Assembly: GCF_947646745.1 (NCBI RefSeq) | Contig: NZ_CANSHK010000002.1 | Coordinates: 20,816-84,815 of the forward strand | Origin: an uncultured Methylovirgula sp. | Lineage (GTDB): Bacteria > Pseudomonadota > Alphaproteobacteria > Rhizobiales > Beijerinckiaceae | DNA: 64,000 bases | Direction of reading: 5' to 3' | In this document: piece after piece, positions 18,729 to 28,171 of the stretch | Layout of the letters: every line of letters starts with the position of its first letter | Numbering within the stretch: position 1 is the first letter of the stretch | Notes under the pieces: generated by a model | Told to the model about the DNA's origin: nothing | The model's database searches: none | What the model saw: the letters and a program-made list of their open reading frames with translations, nothing else | Translations under genes and position numbers: made by a program

Positions 18729-19760
18729 ATGCCGGTCCGGGAAAACGTTGTCGACGCCATCGGGCACACGCCGCTCATCAAATTGCAGCATGCCTCGAAG
18801 GCGACCGGCTGCGAGATTTACGGCAAAGCCGAATTTGTCAATCCGGGCGGCTCGATCAAGGACCGCGCCGCGCTCGCCATCGTCCGCGATGCCGAGGCGC
18901 GCGGCACGTTGAAGCCGGGCGGCGTCATCGTCGAGGGAACGGCGGGCAATACCGGCATCGGCCTCGCGCTCGTCGCCAATGCGCTGGGCTATCGCACGGT
19001 GATCGTCATCCCGGAGACGCAGAGCCAAGAAAAGAAGGACATGCTGCGCCTTCAAGGCGCCGAATTGATCGAAGTTCCGGCCGTTCCCTATTCCGATCCC
19101 AACAATTACGTGAAGCTCTCCGGCCGGCTCGCCGAGAAGCTTGCGCATGAGCACATCCAGGGCGCAATCTGGGCCAATCAATTCGACAATGTCGCCAACC
19201 GGCAGGGCCATATCGAAACGACAGGGCCGGAAATCTGGGCCGACACGGACGGCAAGATCGACGGCTTCGTCTGCTCGGTCGGCACCGGCGGCACGCTCGC
19301 GGGCGTTGCCCTGGCGCTCAAGGCAAAGAACCCGAAAATCAAGATCGCGCTGGCCGATCCGCTCGGCGCCGCACTTTATGAATATTACACCAACGGCGTT
19401 CTGAAATCGGAAGGCACTTCGATCACCGAAGGCATCGGCCAAGGCCGGATCACCGCCAATCTTGCGGACGCGCCGGTCGATATCGCCTATCAGATCACCG
19501 ACGAAGAGGCCCTGCCCGTTCTCTTCGATCTTGCCGCGCACGAAGGTCTGCTGCTCGGCGGCTCGTCCGGGATCAATGTCATCGGCGCGTTACGCCTCGC
19601 CAAAGAGCTTGGCCCGGGTCATACGATCGTCACCATCCTGGCGGATTCCGGGGCGCGCTATCTTTCGAAGCTCTACAATCCGGATTTCCTGCGCTCGAAA
19701 CATCTTCCCGTGCCGCCCTGGCTCGAGCGTCCGGTCTCCATCAAACCCCCTTACGTGTGA
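18729..19760 (+). CDS. PLP-dependent cysteine synthase / CBS-like enzyme
   Basis: GHTPLIKL...NPGGSIKDR (PLP lysine) and the GTGGT loop. The ATG at 18729 is preceded by AGGAA. Confidence 0.85.
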   Translation: MPVRENVVDAIGHTPLIKLQHASKATGCEIYGKAEFVNPGGSIKDRAALAIVRDAEARGTLKPGGVIVEGTAGNTGIGLALVANALGYRTVIVIPETQSQEKKDMLRLQGAELIEVPAVPYSDPNNYVKLSGRLAEKLAHEHIQGAIWANQFDNVANRQGHIETTGPEIWADTDGKIDGFVCSVGTGGTLAGVALALKAKNPKIKIALADPLGAALYEYYTNGVLKSEGTSITEGIGQGRITANLADAPVDIAYQITDEEALPVLFDLAAHEGLLLGGSSGINVIGALRLAKELGPGHTIVTILADSGARYLSKLYNPDFLRSKHLPVPPWLERPVSIKPPYV

Positions 19761-19771
19761 GGACATCGCCG

Positions 19772-20611
19772 ATGAGCGGCTCTTTGTTTGTTTCGACCGA
19801 ATGGCTCGCGGCCCATCTCGGCGAGCCGGATCTCGTCATCATCGATGGCACCTTCCTGCTGCCGAGCGAAGGCCGCAATGCGTACGAGGAATATCGCGCA
19901 AGCCACATTCCCGGCGCGGTCTTTTTCGACATTGACGAGATCGCCGATCACAGCACCAATCTGCCGCATATGCTGCCGACGCCCGAGGCATTCGCCAAGG
20001 CCGTCGGCGCGCTCGGCATCAGCGATACATCGCGGATCGTCGTCTACGACACGAGCAATTTCCAGGGCGGCGCGCGGGTCTGGTGGACGCTGCGGCTTTA
20101 CGGCGCCAAGGATGTGAAGCTTCTTGCTGGCGGCTTCGCGCGCTGGAAGGCCGAAGGCCGTCCGCTCGAACAGGGTCAGGTCAGGCGCCCGCCGCAGACC
20201 TTCACCGCTCACTTCGACGAAGCGGGCGTCGCCTCGCTCGACGACGTGCGTGCGATCATGCGGGACGGCTCGCGTCAGATCGTCGATGCGCGGCCGGCGG
20301 CGCGCTTTCGGGGTGAAGCGGAGGAGCCGCGCCCTGGCGTTCGCTCGGGCCATATTCCCGGCAGCTTCAACCTGCCGTCGCGCGACCTTGTCAAAGACGG
20401 AGAGATCAAGCCGCCGCAAGAGATCGCGGCCGCTTTCGGGCAAGCCGGAGTCGATATTTCGAAGCCGGTGCTGACAACCTGCGGGTCCGGCGTCACGGCC
20501 GCCATCCTGCTGCTCGGATTGGCGACGCTCGGCCAGGATGATGTGCGCCTTTATGACGGCTCGTGGAGCGAATGGGGCGCACGCTCGGATACGCCGATCG
20601 AAAAGAGCTGA
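19772..20611 (+). CDS. sseA: 3-mercaptopyruvate sulfurtransferase (tandem rhodanese)
   Basis: LVSTEWLAAHL N-terminus and active-site loop CGSGVTA. The upstream gene's stop overlaps the alternative GTG start (GTGTGA). The ATG at 19772 follows GAGGA. Confidence 0.85.
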   Translation: MSGSLFVSTEWLAAHLGEPDLVIIDGTFLLPSEGRNAYEEYRASHIPGAVFFDIDEIADHSTNLPHMLPTPEAFAKAVGALGISDTSRIVVYDTSNFQGGARVWWTLRLYGAKDVKLLAGGFARWKAEGRPLEQGQVRRPPQTFTAHFDEAGVASLDDVRAIMRDGSRQIVDARPAARFRGEAEEPRPGVRSGHIPGSFNLPSRDLVKDGEIKPPQEIAAAFGQAGVDISKPVLTTCGSGVTAAILLLGLATLGQDDVRLYDGSWSEWGARSDTPIEKS

Positions 20612-20616
20612 CCTCG

Positions 20617-20655
20617 AAATCGGCATGGAAAATCGGCATGGAAAATCGGCATGGA
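20617..20655. repeat. Perfect 13-bp tandem repeat x3 (AAATCGGCATGGA)
   Basis: Three identical head-to-tail copies occupy 20617-20629, 20630-20642 and 20643-20655, starting 6 nt after the sseA stop. Confidence 0.9.
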
Positions 20656-20806
20656 AGGGCGGCTTTGAGCTAGGCTTGGCCGCGAGCTTTGCATGCCTCG
20701 CCTAGGAGATTTCATAGCCGGGCGACTTGCGCAGGGAACGCTTTGCAGCGCCGCTGGTTTTCGACAGCCGACAGCGCGCAAATTCGTGAAGTGAGTGGCA
20801 AAGCGC

Positions 20807-20834
20807 TTGACGTGTTTCGCAGCCGCGCTACGAT
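20807..20834 (+). promoter_or_regulatory. Candidate sigma-70-type promoter
   Basis: TTGACG (20807-20812), a 16-nt spacer, then TACGAT (20829-20834). It lies about 260 nt upstream of the ATG at 21097. Confidence 0.3.
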
Positions 20835-21096
20835 AGAAGAGCTGCGGCGATTCATTTGAAACCATTGATGGTTTTGGGTGTTTGCCGGTGGGAGCGTTCG
20901 ACGGTCGTCGGGCGTGGTTTGGGTCCTTCAAGCGGTGCAAGGCCGCGTGATCTCCTGAGGAGCCAGACCGGGTTTTCCCGTCCCCTATCCTCCCCGCGTG
21001 GGGAGTCGTGATCGCACAATCCAACGAATTTCTCGCCGTCAATGCGGCCGGCTTCGCTTGGAAAGATCAACCTTCGAGAGCTCAGGAGTGACAGCC

Positions 21097-21483
21097 ATGT
21101 GTGATTATTCGCTTGAAATGTATGCCTCTCGGCCCGCCCGCGAAGGCGAGAGATATGTCACGACGCGTTTCCCGTCAGGCAGCGTCGGGCTTTCTGCGCC
21201 GGGCGATTGCACGACGGCGGTCTGCGTTCAATACGACACGCATCTGCGGCTCGAGAATATATCGGGCGATCTGCAGACCCGTCTTGGCGTCAAGGCTGAG
21301 GAAGACGTTGTCTTCGCGCGCCTCGAGCACGGCGCCTATCGCGATGGCATACGTTTCGCGAACGGTAAGGAAATCTCGCTGCAATTGCTCGGCTCGGGCG
21401 TCGGCGCGACATTGACCGCCATCGCAAAGCCGATCCCGGCGGCAGCGGCTGTCCGTGCGGATATTCTGGAACATATCGACTGA
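21097..21483 (+). CDS. Conserved hypothetical protein beginning MCDYSLE
   Basis: 128-aa ORF with the ATG 7 nt after AGGAG, followed by a clean terminator. I recall similar MCDYSL-starting hypotheticals in other Hyphomicrobiales, but this is memory only and unverified. Confidence 0.6.
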   Translation: MCDYSLEMYASRPAREGERYVTTRFPSGSVGLSAPGDCTTAVCVQYDTHLRLENISGDLQTRLGVKAEEDVVFARLEHGAYRDGIRFANGKEISLQLLGSGVGATLTAIAKPIPAAAAVRADILEHID

Positions 21484-21506
21484 CCGACGCGTCGCGTCGT
21501 TCCATG

Positions 21507-22023
<517 letters not shown>

Positions 22024-22074
22024 TCGCATCGTCTGGGGACATTCTGTTTATCTGAGCATCTATGAGGGCGTGAT

Positions 22075-23487
22075 ATGACGACGACTGCCAATGACGTGCT
22101 GAAACTGATCAAGGACAGAGACATCAAATATGTGGATTTCCGGTTCACCGATCCGCGCGGCAAGTGGCAACATGTGACCTTCGACGTGTCGTTGATCGAT
22201 GCGGAGACCTTCACCGAGGGGCAGATGTTCGACGGATCGTCGATTGCCGGATGGAAGGCGATCAACGAGTCGGACATGAACCTGAAGCCCGATCCGAAGA
22301 CGGCGACGATCGATCCCTTCTTCGCGGCGCCGACCTTGTCGATCGTCTGCGACGTGTTGGAGCCGACGACGGGCGAGCCCTATAACCGCGATCCGCGCGG
22401 CATTGCCAAGAAGGCCGAGGCCTATCTCGCCGCGAGCGGCGTCGGCGATACGGTCTATTTTGGCCCCGAGGCCGAATTCTTCGTCTTCGACGACGTGCGC
22501 TTCTCGGCCGAGCCCTACAACACCGGCTTCGAACTCGATTCGATCGAATTTCCGTCGAACTCGGACACGACCTATGAGGGGGGCAACCTCGGCCACCGGG
22601 TGCGCACCAAGGGCGGCTATTTCCCCGTGCCGCCGCAGGATTCGGCGCAGGACATGCGCAGCGAAATGCTCGCCGCCATGGCGGCGATGGGCGCCAAGGT
22701 CGAGAAGCACCACCATGAGGTGGCGTCAGCTCAGCACGAGCTTGGCCTCAAGTTCGGCCCGCTGACGACGATGGCCGACCATCTGCAGATCTATAAGTAC
22801 TGTATCCATCAGGTCGCGCAGAGCTATGGCAAGACGGCGACCTTCATGCCGAAGCCGGTCTACGGCGACAACGGCTCGGGCATGCACGTGCATCAGTCGA
22901 TCTGGAGGGGCGGCAAGCCGCTCTTTGCCGGCAACAAATATTCCGACCTGTCGGACGATTGCCTCTATTACATCGGCGGCATCATCCGCCATGCGCGCAG
23001 CTTGAACGCCTTCACCAATCCGTCGACGAATTCCTACAAGCGGCTGGTGCCGGGCTTCGAAGCGCCGGTCCTGCTCGCCTATTCGGCGCGCAACCGCTCG
23101 GCCTCGTGCCGCATCCCCTATACGTCGAACCCGAAGGCGAAGCGCGTCGAGGTGCGTTTCCCCGATCCGACGGCGAACCCCTATCTCGCCTTCGCGGCGC
23201 TGCTGATGGCGGGCCTCGACGGCATTGCCAACAAGATCGATCCGGGCGCGGCGATGGACAAGGACCTCTACGACCTGCCGCCGAAGGAATTGAAGAAGAT
23301 CCCGACGGTCTGCGGCAGCCTGCGCGAGGCGCTCGCGAACCTCGACAAGGACCGCGCCTTCCTGAAGGCCGGCGGCGTCTTCGACGACGATTTCATCGAT
23401 TCTTACATCGAGCTGAAGATGACCGAAGTGCAGCGCTTCGAAATGACCCCGCACCCGGTCGAATTCGAAATGTATTATTCGCTGTAA
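22075..23487 (+). CDS. glnA: Glutamine synthetase type I
   Basis: 470 aa with GSGMHVHQS and the adenylylation-site context KDLYDLPP. Double TAA stop. Confidence 0.97.
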   Translation: MTTTANDVLKLIKDRDIKYVDFRFTDPRGKWQHVTFDVSLIDAETFTEGQMFDGSSIAGWKAINESDMNLKPDPKTATIDPFFAAPTLSIVCDVLEPTTGEPYNRDPRGIAKKAEAYLAASGVGDTVYFGPEAEFFVFDDVRFSAEPYNTGFELDSIEFPSNSDTTYEGGNLGHRVRTKGGYFPVPPQDSAQDMRSEMLAAMAAMGAKVEKHHHEVASAQHELGLKFGPLTTMADHLQIYKYCIHQVAQSYGKTATFMPKPVYGDNGSGMHVHQSIWRGGKPLFAGNKYSDLSDDCLYYIGGIIRHARSLNAFTNPSTNSYKRLVPGFEAPVLLAYSARNRSASCRIPYTSNPKAKRVEVRFPDPTANPYLAFAALLMAGLDGIANKIDPGAAMDKDLYDLPPKELKKIPTVCGSLREALANLDKDRAFLKAGGVFDDDFIDSYIELKMTEVQRFEMTPHPVEFEMYYSL

Positions 23488-23506
23488 TAAGACCCGCAGA
23501 GAAAAC

Positions 23507-23537
23507 AAAAGGCGCTTCGAAAGAAGCGCCTTTTTTG
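23507..23537. terminator. Bidirectional rho-independent terminator between glnA and the convergent methyltransferase gene
   Basis: AAAA-GGCGCTTC-GAAA-GAAGCGCC-TTTTTT. The A run and T run flank an 8-bp GC-rich stem. Confidence 0.85.
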
Positions 23538-23560
23538 TTGGTTCAGCGTAACAAGCGCGA

Positions 23561-24343
23561 TTATTTCCGCACAATCACATAAGCGAAACTTGAAACGGCG
23601 CGCCAATCACGCTCTTGCGCAAACCGGGTGAAAGCCGCGTCGATCTGCTTCAGGATCGGGAATTTCACGAAATAGCTGTAGCCCCAGAACGGCAAAACCG
23701 TGACGTCAGAGAAGCCCGCGCTTTGCAGCATGGGAACGATCTTATCTTCCTCGCTGAAGCAATAATGATAGTGGGCCGGAAATTTTGGATTGTCGCCGTC
23801 CGGCTTGCGATCCGGGAAGACCAATTCGAGCAAAGACCGAGACAGGTTTTCCGGGATGATGCGGTTGAGCACGAAGGGCGGCGCGTAGAGAGTCGGAAAA
23901 AAGCTGAGCGCCATACCGCCCGGCGTGAGCGCCGCGTGGATATTGCGCCACATTTTCGCGACGTCGGGCACGTGCTCCATCACCATACGGCAATAGGCAA
24001 GGTCGTAGCGCCCTTCCCCCAGGGTCGCCGGCGTATCGTCTGCGGCGATGTCGCAGACGACCTTGCGATAATTCGAGGGTGCAAGCGCGAGTTCGTGCGC
24101 GGAAATGTCATTCAGCGTCACCTCGAAACCAAGCTCATTGATTTCGTCCGGCATGAAAAGCGGGTCGCGGCCACCGCCGATTTCGAGGTGACGGTTCAGG
24201 CCATATTCGCGAGCGATCTCGATGATTGTCGGCTTGTAATTCTCCCAAGCCCAATTCCAGTCGGTCGGATAACCGAGATCCGCGACAACCTGCGCGATAT
24301 CGCGCGGCGTGCCCTTCGTTTGTGCAGGCGCGTGATCTTGCAT
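23561..24343 (-). CDS. Class I SAM-dependent methyltransferase
   Basis: Motif I LEIGGGRD and acidic post-I residue. The start is set at MQDHAP (ATG at 24343). Confidence 0.75.
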   Translation of the reverse strand: MQDHAPAQTKGTPRDIAQVVADLGYPTDWNWAWENYKPTIIEIAREYGLNRHLEIGGGRDPLFMPDEINELGFEVTLNDISAHELALAPSNYRKVVCDIAADDTPATLGEGRYDLAYCRMVMEHVPDVAKMWRNIHAALTPGGMALSFFPTLYAPPFVLNRIIPENLSRSLLELVFPDRKPDGDNPKFPAHYHYCFSEEDKIVPMLQSAGFSDVTVLPFWGYSYFVKFPILKQIDAAFTRFAQERDWRAVSSFAYVIVRK

Positions 24344-24526
24344 GAACGGCTCCTTCGATCGCGGACGCGATCGGCGTGTTCTCTCAACGTCTAAATATCG
24401 GAATATTCCCAAGATTTTGAATCAACGGCCAAGTAAGGTTAAGACTTGGCGCGCATCGGTGCGATTTACCGATTTAATGGAAATCTCAGTGCATGGTCGG
24501 ATTTCGGCCCAACCGGCGCTCCTGCC

Positions 24527-25429
24527 ATGGCGAAAACAAAGCTGAAGAAATTCCGCGCCGCGATCGTGCGCGATTTCCCTGCCCTGGCGTCGGCCGAATT
24601 CACGCTGATCGGCGACGGCTGGGATTCAATTGCCGTCGATGTCGACGGCAAGCTGATCTTCAAATTTCCCCGCAACAAGGTCGCCGGCGCCGCGCTCCGG
24701 CGCGAATCCGCGATCCTTGGCGCAGTGCGCGCAGCCATTTCGCTCGCGGTGCCGGACCTGCGCCTGCATGAAGGCCCGCCGCTCTTCTCAAGTCATTTGA
24801 AGTTGAAGGGCCGCCAGATCGAGACGGAAGATTACGACGCCTTGCCGGAAGAGGCGCGCCAAAAGCTGGGCGAAGACTTGGCGCGCTTCTATGCCGAGCT
24901 GCATGGCCTCGACCCTGCCAGGATGAAGGCCGCCGGCGCGCAGCCCGTCTCCGGCTGGCATACGGCTGCTGCGATCCGCAAGAAGGCGCTGCCGCTCCTG
25001 TCGCGCAAGCTGCGCCGCTATGCCCGCCACATTGTCGAGGCGCACAAGGCGCTGTCGCCCGATCCTGGCGGCACTGTCTTCGGCTTCTTCGACGGCCATG
25101 GCTGGAACATGGCTTTCAACCGGAAGAAGCAGCGCCTGGTCGGGATCTACGATTTCGCCGATTCGGGCTTCGGCCCCCGGCACGAGGATTTCACCTATTC
25201 GAACGCCATTTCGCCGGACCTCACGGCGCGGATCGTGTCGGCCTATGAAGGGCTGACCGAGCGTGAGCTCGACCGGCGCCGTATCGACATTCTGACCGGT
25301 TATCACCATCTCTCGGAACTGGCGGATTTTGCCGGCAATCCCGGCAGGGCCAAGCAAATGCGTCGCAACTTCAAGGTGTGGGCGCAACAACAGCCTGATT
25401 TTCCAGGCGAAAAATCTCGCAAGGATTAG
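24527..25429 (+). CDS. Phosphotransferase-family (APH/choline-kinase-like) protein
   Basis: GDGWDSIAV...FKFPR N-lobe, and DGHGWN...IYDFADSGFG catalytic/DFG-like segment. The start is set at MAKTKLKK. Confidence 0.7.
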   Translation: MAKTKLKKFRAAIVRDFPALASAEFTLIGDGWDSIAVDVDGKLIFKFPRNKVAGAALRRESAILGAVRAAISLAVPDLRLHEGPPLFSSHLKLKGRQIETEDYDALPEEARQKLGEDLARFYAELHGLDPARMKAAGAQPVSGWHTAAAIRKKALPLLSRKLRRYARHIVEAHKALSPDPGGTVFGFFDGHGWNMAFNRKKQRLVGIYDFADSGFGPRHEDFTYSNAISPDLTARIVSAYEGLTERELDRRRIDILTGYHHLSELADFAGNPGRAKQMRRNFKVWAQQQPDFPGEKSRKD

Positions 25430-25556
25430 CCGCGGCACTCCTTGAGAATGCCCCAAACTTGGCCTTCAGCTCATTGCGAAAGCCCCGCCCTGGCCCGCTT
25501 TGCGGTAAACTTGCGGGCGAATCATGTGTTCACGAGAGAAGGCACCGAGCGTCTTC

Positions 25557-27587
25557 ATGGCCCATAATGGCGATTTGTTCGGCGGCGCGCCGCGCAAGCA
25601 GACCCCGAAGGCGGCAGCGAACCGCAACAGCACCGGCACGCCCAGCGAAGCCGGCTATACCGCCGCCTCGATCGAAGTTCTGGAGGGGCTCGAGCCGGTG
25701 CGCCGGCGCCCCGGCATGTATATCGGCGGCACCGATGAAGCGGCGCTCCATCACCTCTTCTCCGAAGTGCTGGATAATGCGATGGACGAAGCCGTCGCCG
25801 GCCATGCGACCTTCATCGACGTGACGGTCGAGGCCGACGGTTTTCTCAGCGTGTCGGACAATGGCCGCGGCATTCCGATCGATCCGCATCCGAAATTCCC
25901 GAAGAAATCGGCGCTCGAAGTCATCATGACGACGCTGCATGCGGGCGGCAAATTCGACTCCGGCGCCTATCAGACCTCGGGCGGCCTGCATGGCGTCGGC
26001 GTCTCGGTGGTCAATGCCCTGTCCGAGCGGCTGGAGGTCGAGGTCGCACGCGGCCAGATCCTCTATCGGCAGATTTTCGAGCGCGGCCATCCCAAGGGCA
26101 AGCTTGAACAGGTCGGCAAGGTTGCCAACCGGCGCGGCACCAAAGTGCGCTTCAAGCATGACGAGCAGATTTTCGGCAAAGGCTCCAAGTTCAAGCCGGT
26201 GCGGCTTTTCCGCATGGCCCGCGCCAAGGCCTATCTTTTTGGCGGCGTCGAAATCCGCTGGCATTGCGCGCCGCAATTGCTCGATGCCGCCAGCGAAATT
26301 CCGGCCGAGGCGGTATTCCATTTTCCCGGCGGCCTGAAGGACTACCTTGCCCAGGACATCAAAGATAAGGAGACCGTCGCCGACCAGAGCTTCACCGGCA
26401 AGGTCGAAAAGCCCGGCGGACACGGCTCGCTCGAATGGGCGGTCACCTGGCTCGCCGAGGATGACGGTTTCGTCCATTCCTATTGCAACACCATCCCGAC
26501 CCCCGACGGCGGCACGCATGAGACGGGCCTGCGCTCCGCCCTGCTGCGCGGCCTGAAGGACCATGCCGAGCGCATCGGCCAGGCCAAGCGCGCCGCGGTC
26601 CTGACCGGCGATGACGTGATGGCGTCCTGCGCGGCGCTGATCTCGGTGTTTCTGCGCGAGCCGGAATTCCAGGGCCAGAACAAGGGCCGGCTGATGACCG
26701 CGGAAGCGACCCGCATCGTCGAGACGACCATGCGCGACGCCTTCGATCATTGGCTTGCCGCCTCGCCGTCGGTGGCGACGAAGCTGCTCGATTTCACCAT
26801 CGAGCGGGCGGAAGAGCGGCTGCGCCGCCGCGCCGAGAAGGACGTTGCCCGCAAAAGCGCTGGCCGCAAGCTGCGGCTGCCGGGAAAGCTCGCGGATTGC
26901 TCGAACAACGCCGCGCAAGGCTCTGAACTTTTTATCGTCGAAGGCGATTCGGCCGGCGGCTCCGCAAAGCAGGCGCGGGATCGCATCAATCAGGCCGTGC
27001 TGCCTTTGCGCGGCAAGATCTTGAACGTCGCCAATGCGACCAAGGACAAGCTGACCGCCAACCAACAATTGGCCGATCTCATCCAGGCGCTCGGCTGCGG
27101 GACCGGCGCGCATTACAAGGACGATGATCTTCGCTACGAGAAGATCATCGTCATGACCGACGCGGACGTCGACGGCGCCCATATCGCCTCGCTGCTCATC
27201 ACCTTTTTCTACCGGCAAATGCCAAGGCTCATCGAGCACGGCCATTTGTTCTTGAGCGTGCCGCCGCTCTACCGGCTGACGCAGGGCTCGACCCATGTCT
27301 ATGCCCGCGACGATGCGCATCGTGACGAACTCATGAAGACCGTGCTGACCGGCAAAGCCAAGGTGGAAATCAGCCGCTTCAAAGGCCTCGGCGAAATGCC
27401 GGCGGCGCAATTGAAGGAAACGACGATGGACCCCAAGAGCCGGACGCTGCTGCGCGTCACCGTCGTGCCCGACGATCAGGAGGACACGGCCGATTCCGTC
27501 GAGCGGCTGATGGGCAACAAGCCGGAGGCGCGCTTCGCCTTCATCCAAGAGCGCGCCGCCTTCGCCAGCGATCTCGTGGTGGTCTAG
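25557..27587 (+). CDS. parE: DNA topoisomerase IV subunit B
   Basis: GHKL ATPase N-terminus (LEGLEPVRRRPGMYIGG) and TOPRIM motifs (EGDSAGGS, PLRGKILNV). Its ~676-aa length, without the GyrB insertion, favours ParE. Confidence 0.9.
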   Translation: MAHNGDLFGGAPRKQTPKAAANRNSTGTPSEAGYTAASIEVLEGLEPVRRRPGMYIGGTDEAALHHLFSEVLDNAMDEAVAGHATFIDVTVEADGFLSVSDNGRGIPIDPHPKFPKKSALEVIMTTLHAGGKFDSGAYQTSGGLHGVGVSVVNALSERLEVEVARGQILYRQIFERGHPKGKLEQVGKVANRRGTKVRFKHDEQIFGKGSKFKPVRLFRMARAKAYLFGGVEIRWHCAPQLLDAASEIPAEAVFHFPGGLKDYLAQDIKDKETVADQSFTGKVEKPGGHGSLEWAVTWLAEDDGFVHSYCNTIPTPDGGTHETGLRSALLRGLKDHAERIGQAKRAAVLTGDDVMASCAALISVFLREPEFQGQNKGRLMTAEATRIVETTMRDAFDHWLAASPSVATKLLDFTIERAEERLRRRAEKDVARKSAGRKLRLPGKLADCSNNAAQGSELFIVEGDSAGGSAKQARDRINQAVLPLRGKILNVANATKDKLTANQQLADLIQALGCGTGAHYKDDDLRYEKIIVMTDADVDGAHIASLLITFFYRQMPRLIEHGHLFLSVPPLYRLTQGSTHVYARDDAHRDELMKTVLTGKAKVEISRFKGLGEMPAAQLKETTMDPKSRTLLRVTVVPDDQEDTADSVERLMGNKPEARFAFIQERAAFASDLVVV

Positions 27588-27588
27588 A

Positions 27589-27701
27589 GCATCGGACCGA
27601 AAAGTGCGTAGCGGTTTTCGGATAAGTCCGATGCGGTCTTAGAATGGACAGGCATCGGACCGAAAAGTGCGTAGCGGTTTTCGGCTAAATCCGATGCGGT
27701 C
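27589..27701. repeat. Two direct copies of a 50-bp nested-palindrome element
   Basis: Copies at 27589-27638 and 27652-27701 differ at 2 positions. Each has an outer stem GCATCGGAC/GTCCGATGC and an inner stem CCGAAAA/TTTTCGG. The first copy starts 2 nt after the parE stop. Confidence 0.9.
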
Positions 27702-27811
27702 AAGATTGCCGCGCCGTTAAGCGCAAACCACGCTTTTTCCGCAATTCGTCAACTTTCCCTTAACTCTGCCGCCGCATCTTCGAAGTGCGGCGGACACGAG
27801 GTTATGAGGCC

Positions 27812-28102
27812 ATGAGGTTGCGGGGGTTCCTGCGCGACGAGCGCGCGAGTAGTTTCGAAGGCATGGCTTTGGCCTTGTCGGTGATAGCGGTGCTATTCGT
27901 CGCCGCCGCCGATTTCCTGCATTACGCCGCCCGCAAAGATGGCGAGATCGCGCAGATCCTGCATGCCGGCCATAACGAAATCGTCAGCCTTTTCGGCAAG
28001 GACGAGCCTTTGCGCGGCGACATCGACTATACGGCGACGGGCAGCGTTGGGGCGCTGCGCAATCCGCCGGCGCTCAACCCCTGCTCCGACCAGCAGAAAT
28101 AG
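27812..28102 (+). CDS. Small hypothetical membrane-anchored protein
   Basis: MRLRGFLRDERASSFEGMALALSVIAVLFVAAADFL gives a single N-terminal hydrophobic helix. 96 aa. Confidence 0.45.
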   Translation: MRLRGFLRDERASSFEGMALALSVIAVLFVAAADFLHYAARKDGEIAQILHAGHNEIVSLFGKDEPLRGDIDYTATGSVGALRNPPALNPCSDQQK

Positions 28103-28171
28103 ACGATGCGCCGTTCGGTTCTGCTCGATCATTAACGGGCTCACGCGCGGTCGTCGCAGCGCGCGAACGCC

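Noticed and set aside
17829-19541. 570-aa version of the SDR ORF
   Set aside because: Only the C-terminal 263 aa look like an SDR. The N-terminal extension runs antisense through the cysteine-synthase-like gene. An ATG at 18620 gives a normal-length SDR.
20617-20655. Possible CRISPR array (also considered for 27589-27701)
   Set aside because: The 13-bp units are contiguous with no spacers. The 50-bp elements occur only twice with a 13-nt gap. No cas genes are present in the window.
25530-27548. 672-aa ORF on the minus strand
   Set aside because: It is exactly antisense to parE. Its Arg/Ala/Gly/Leu-rich composition has no motifs, which is the typical stop-free shadow frame of high-GC DNA.
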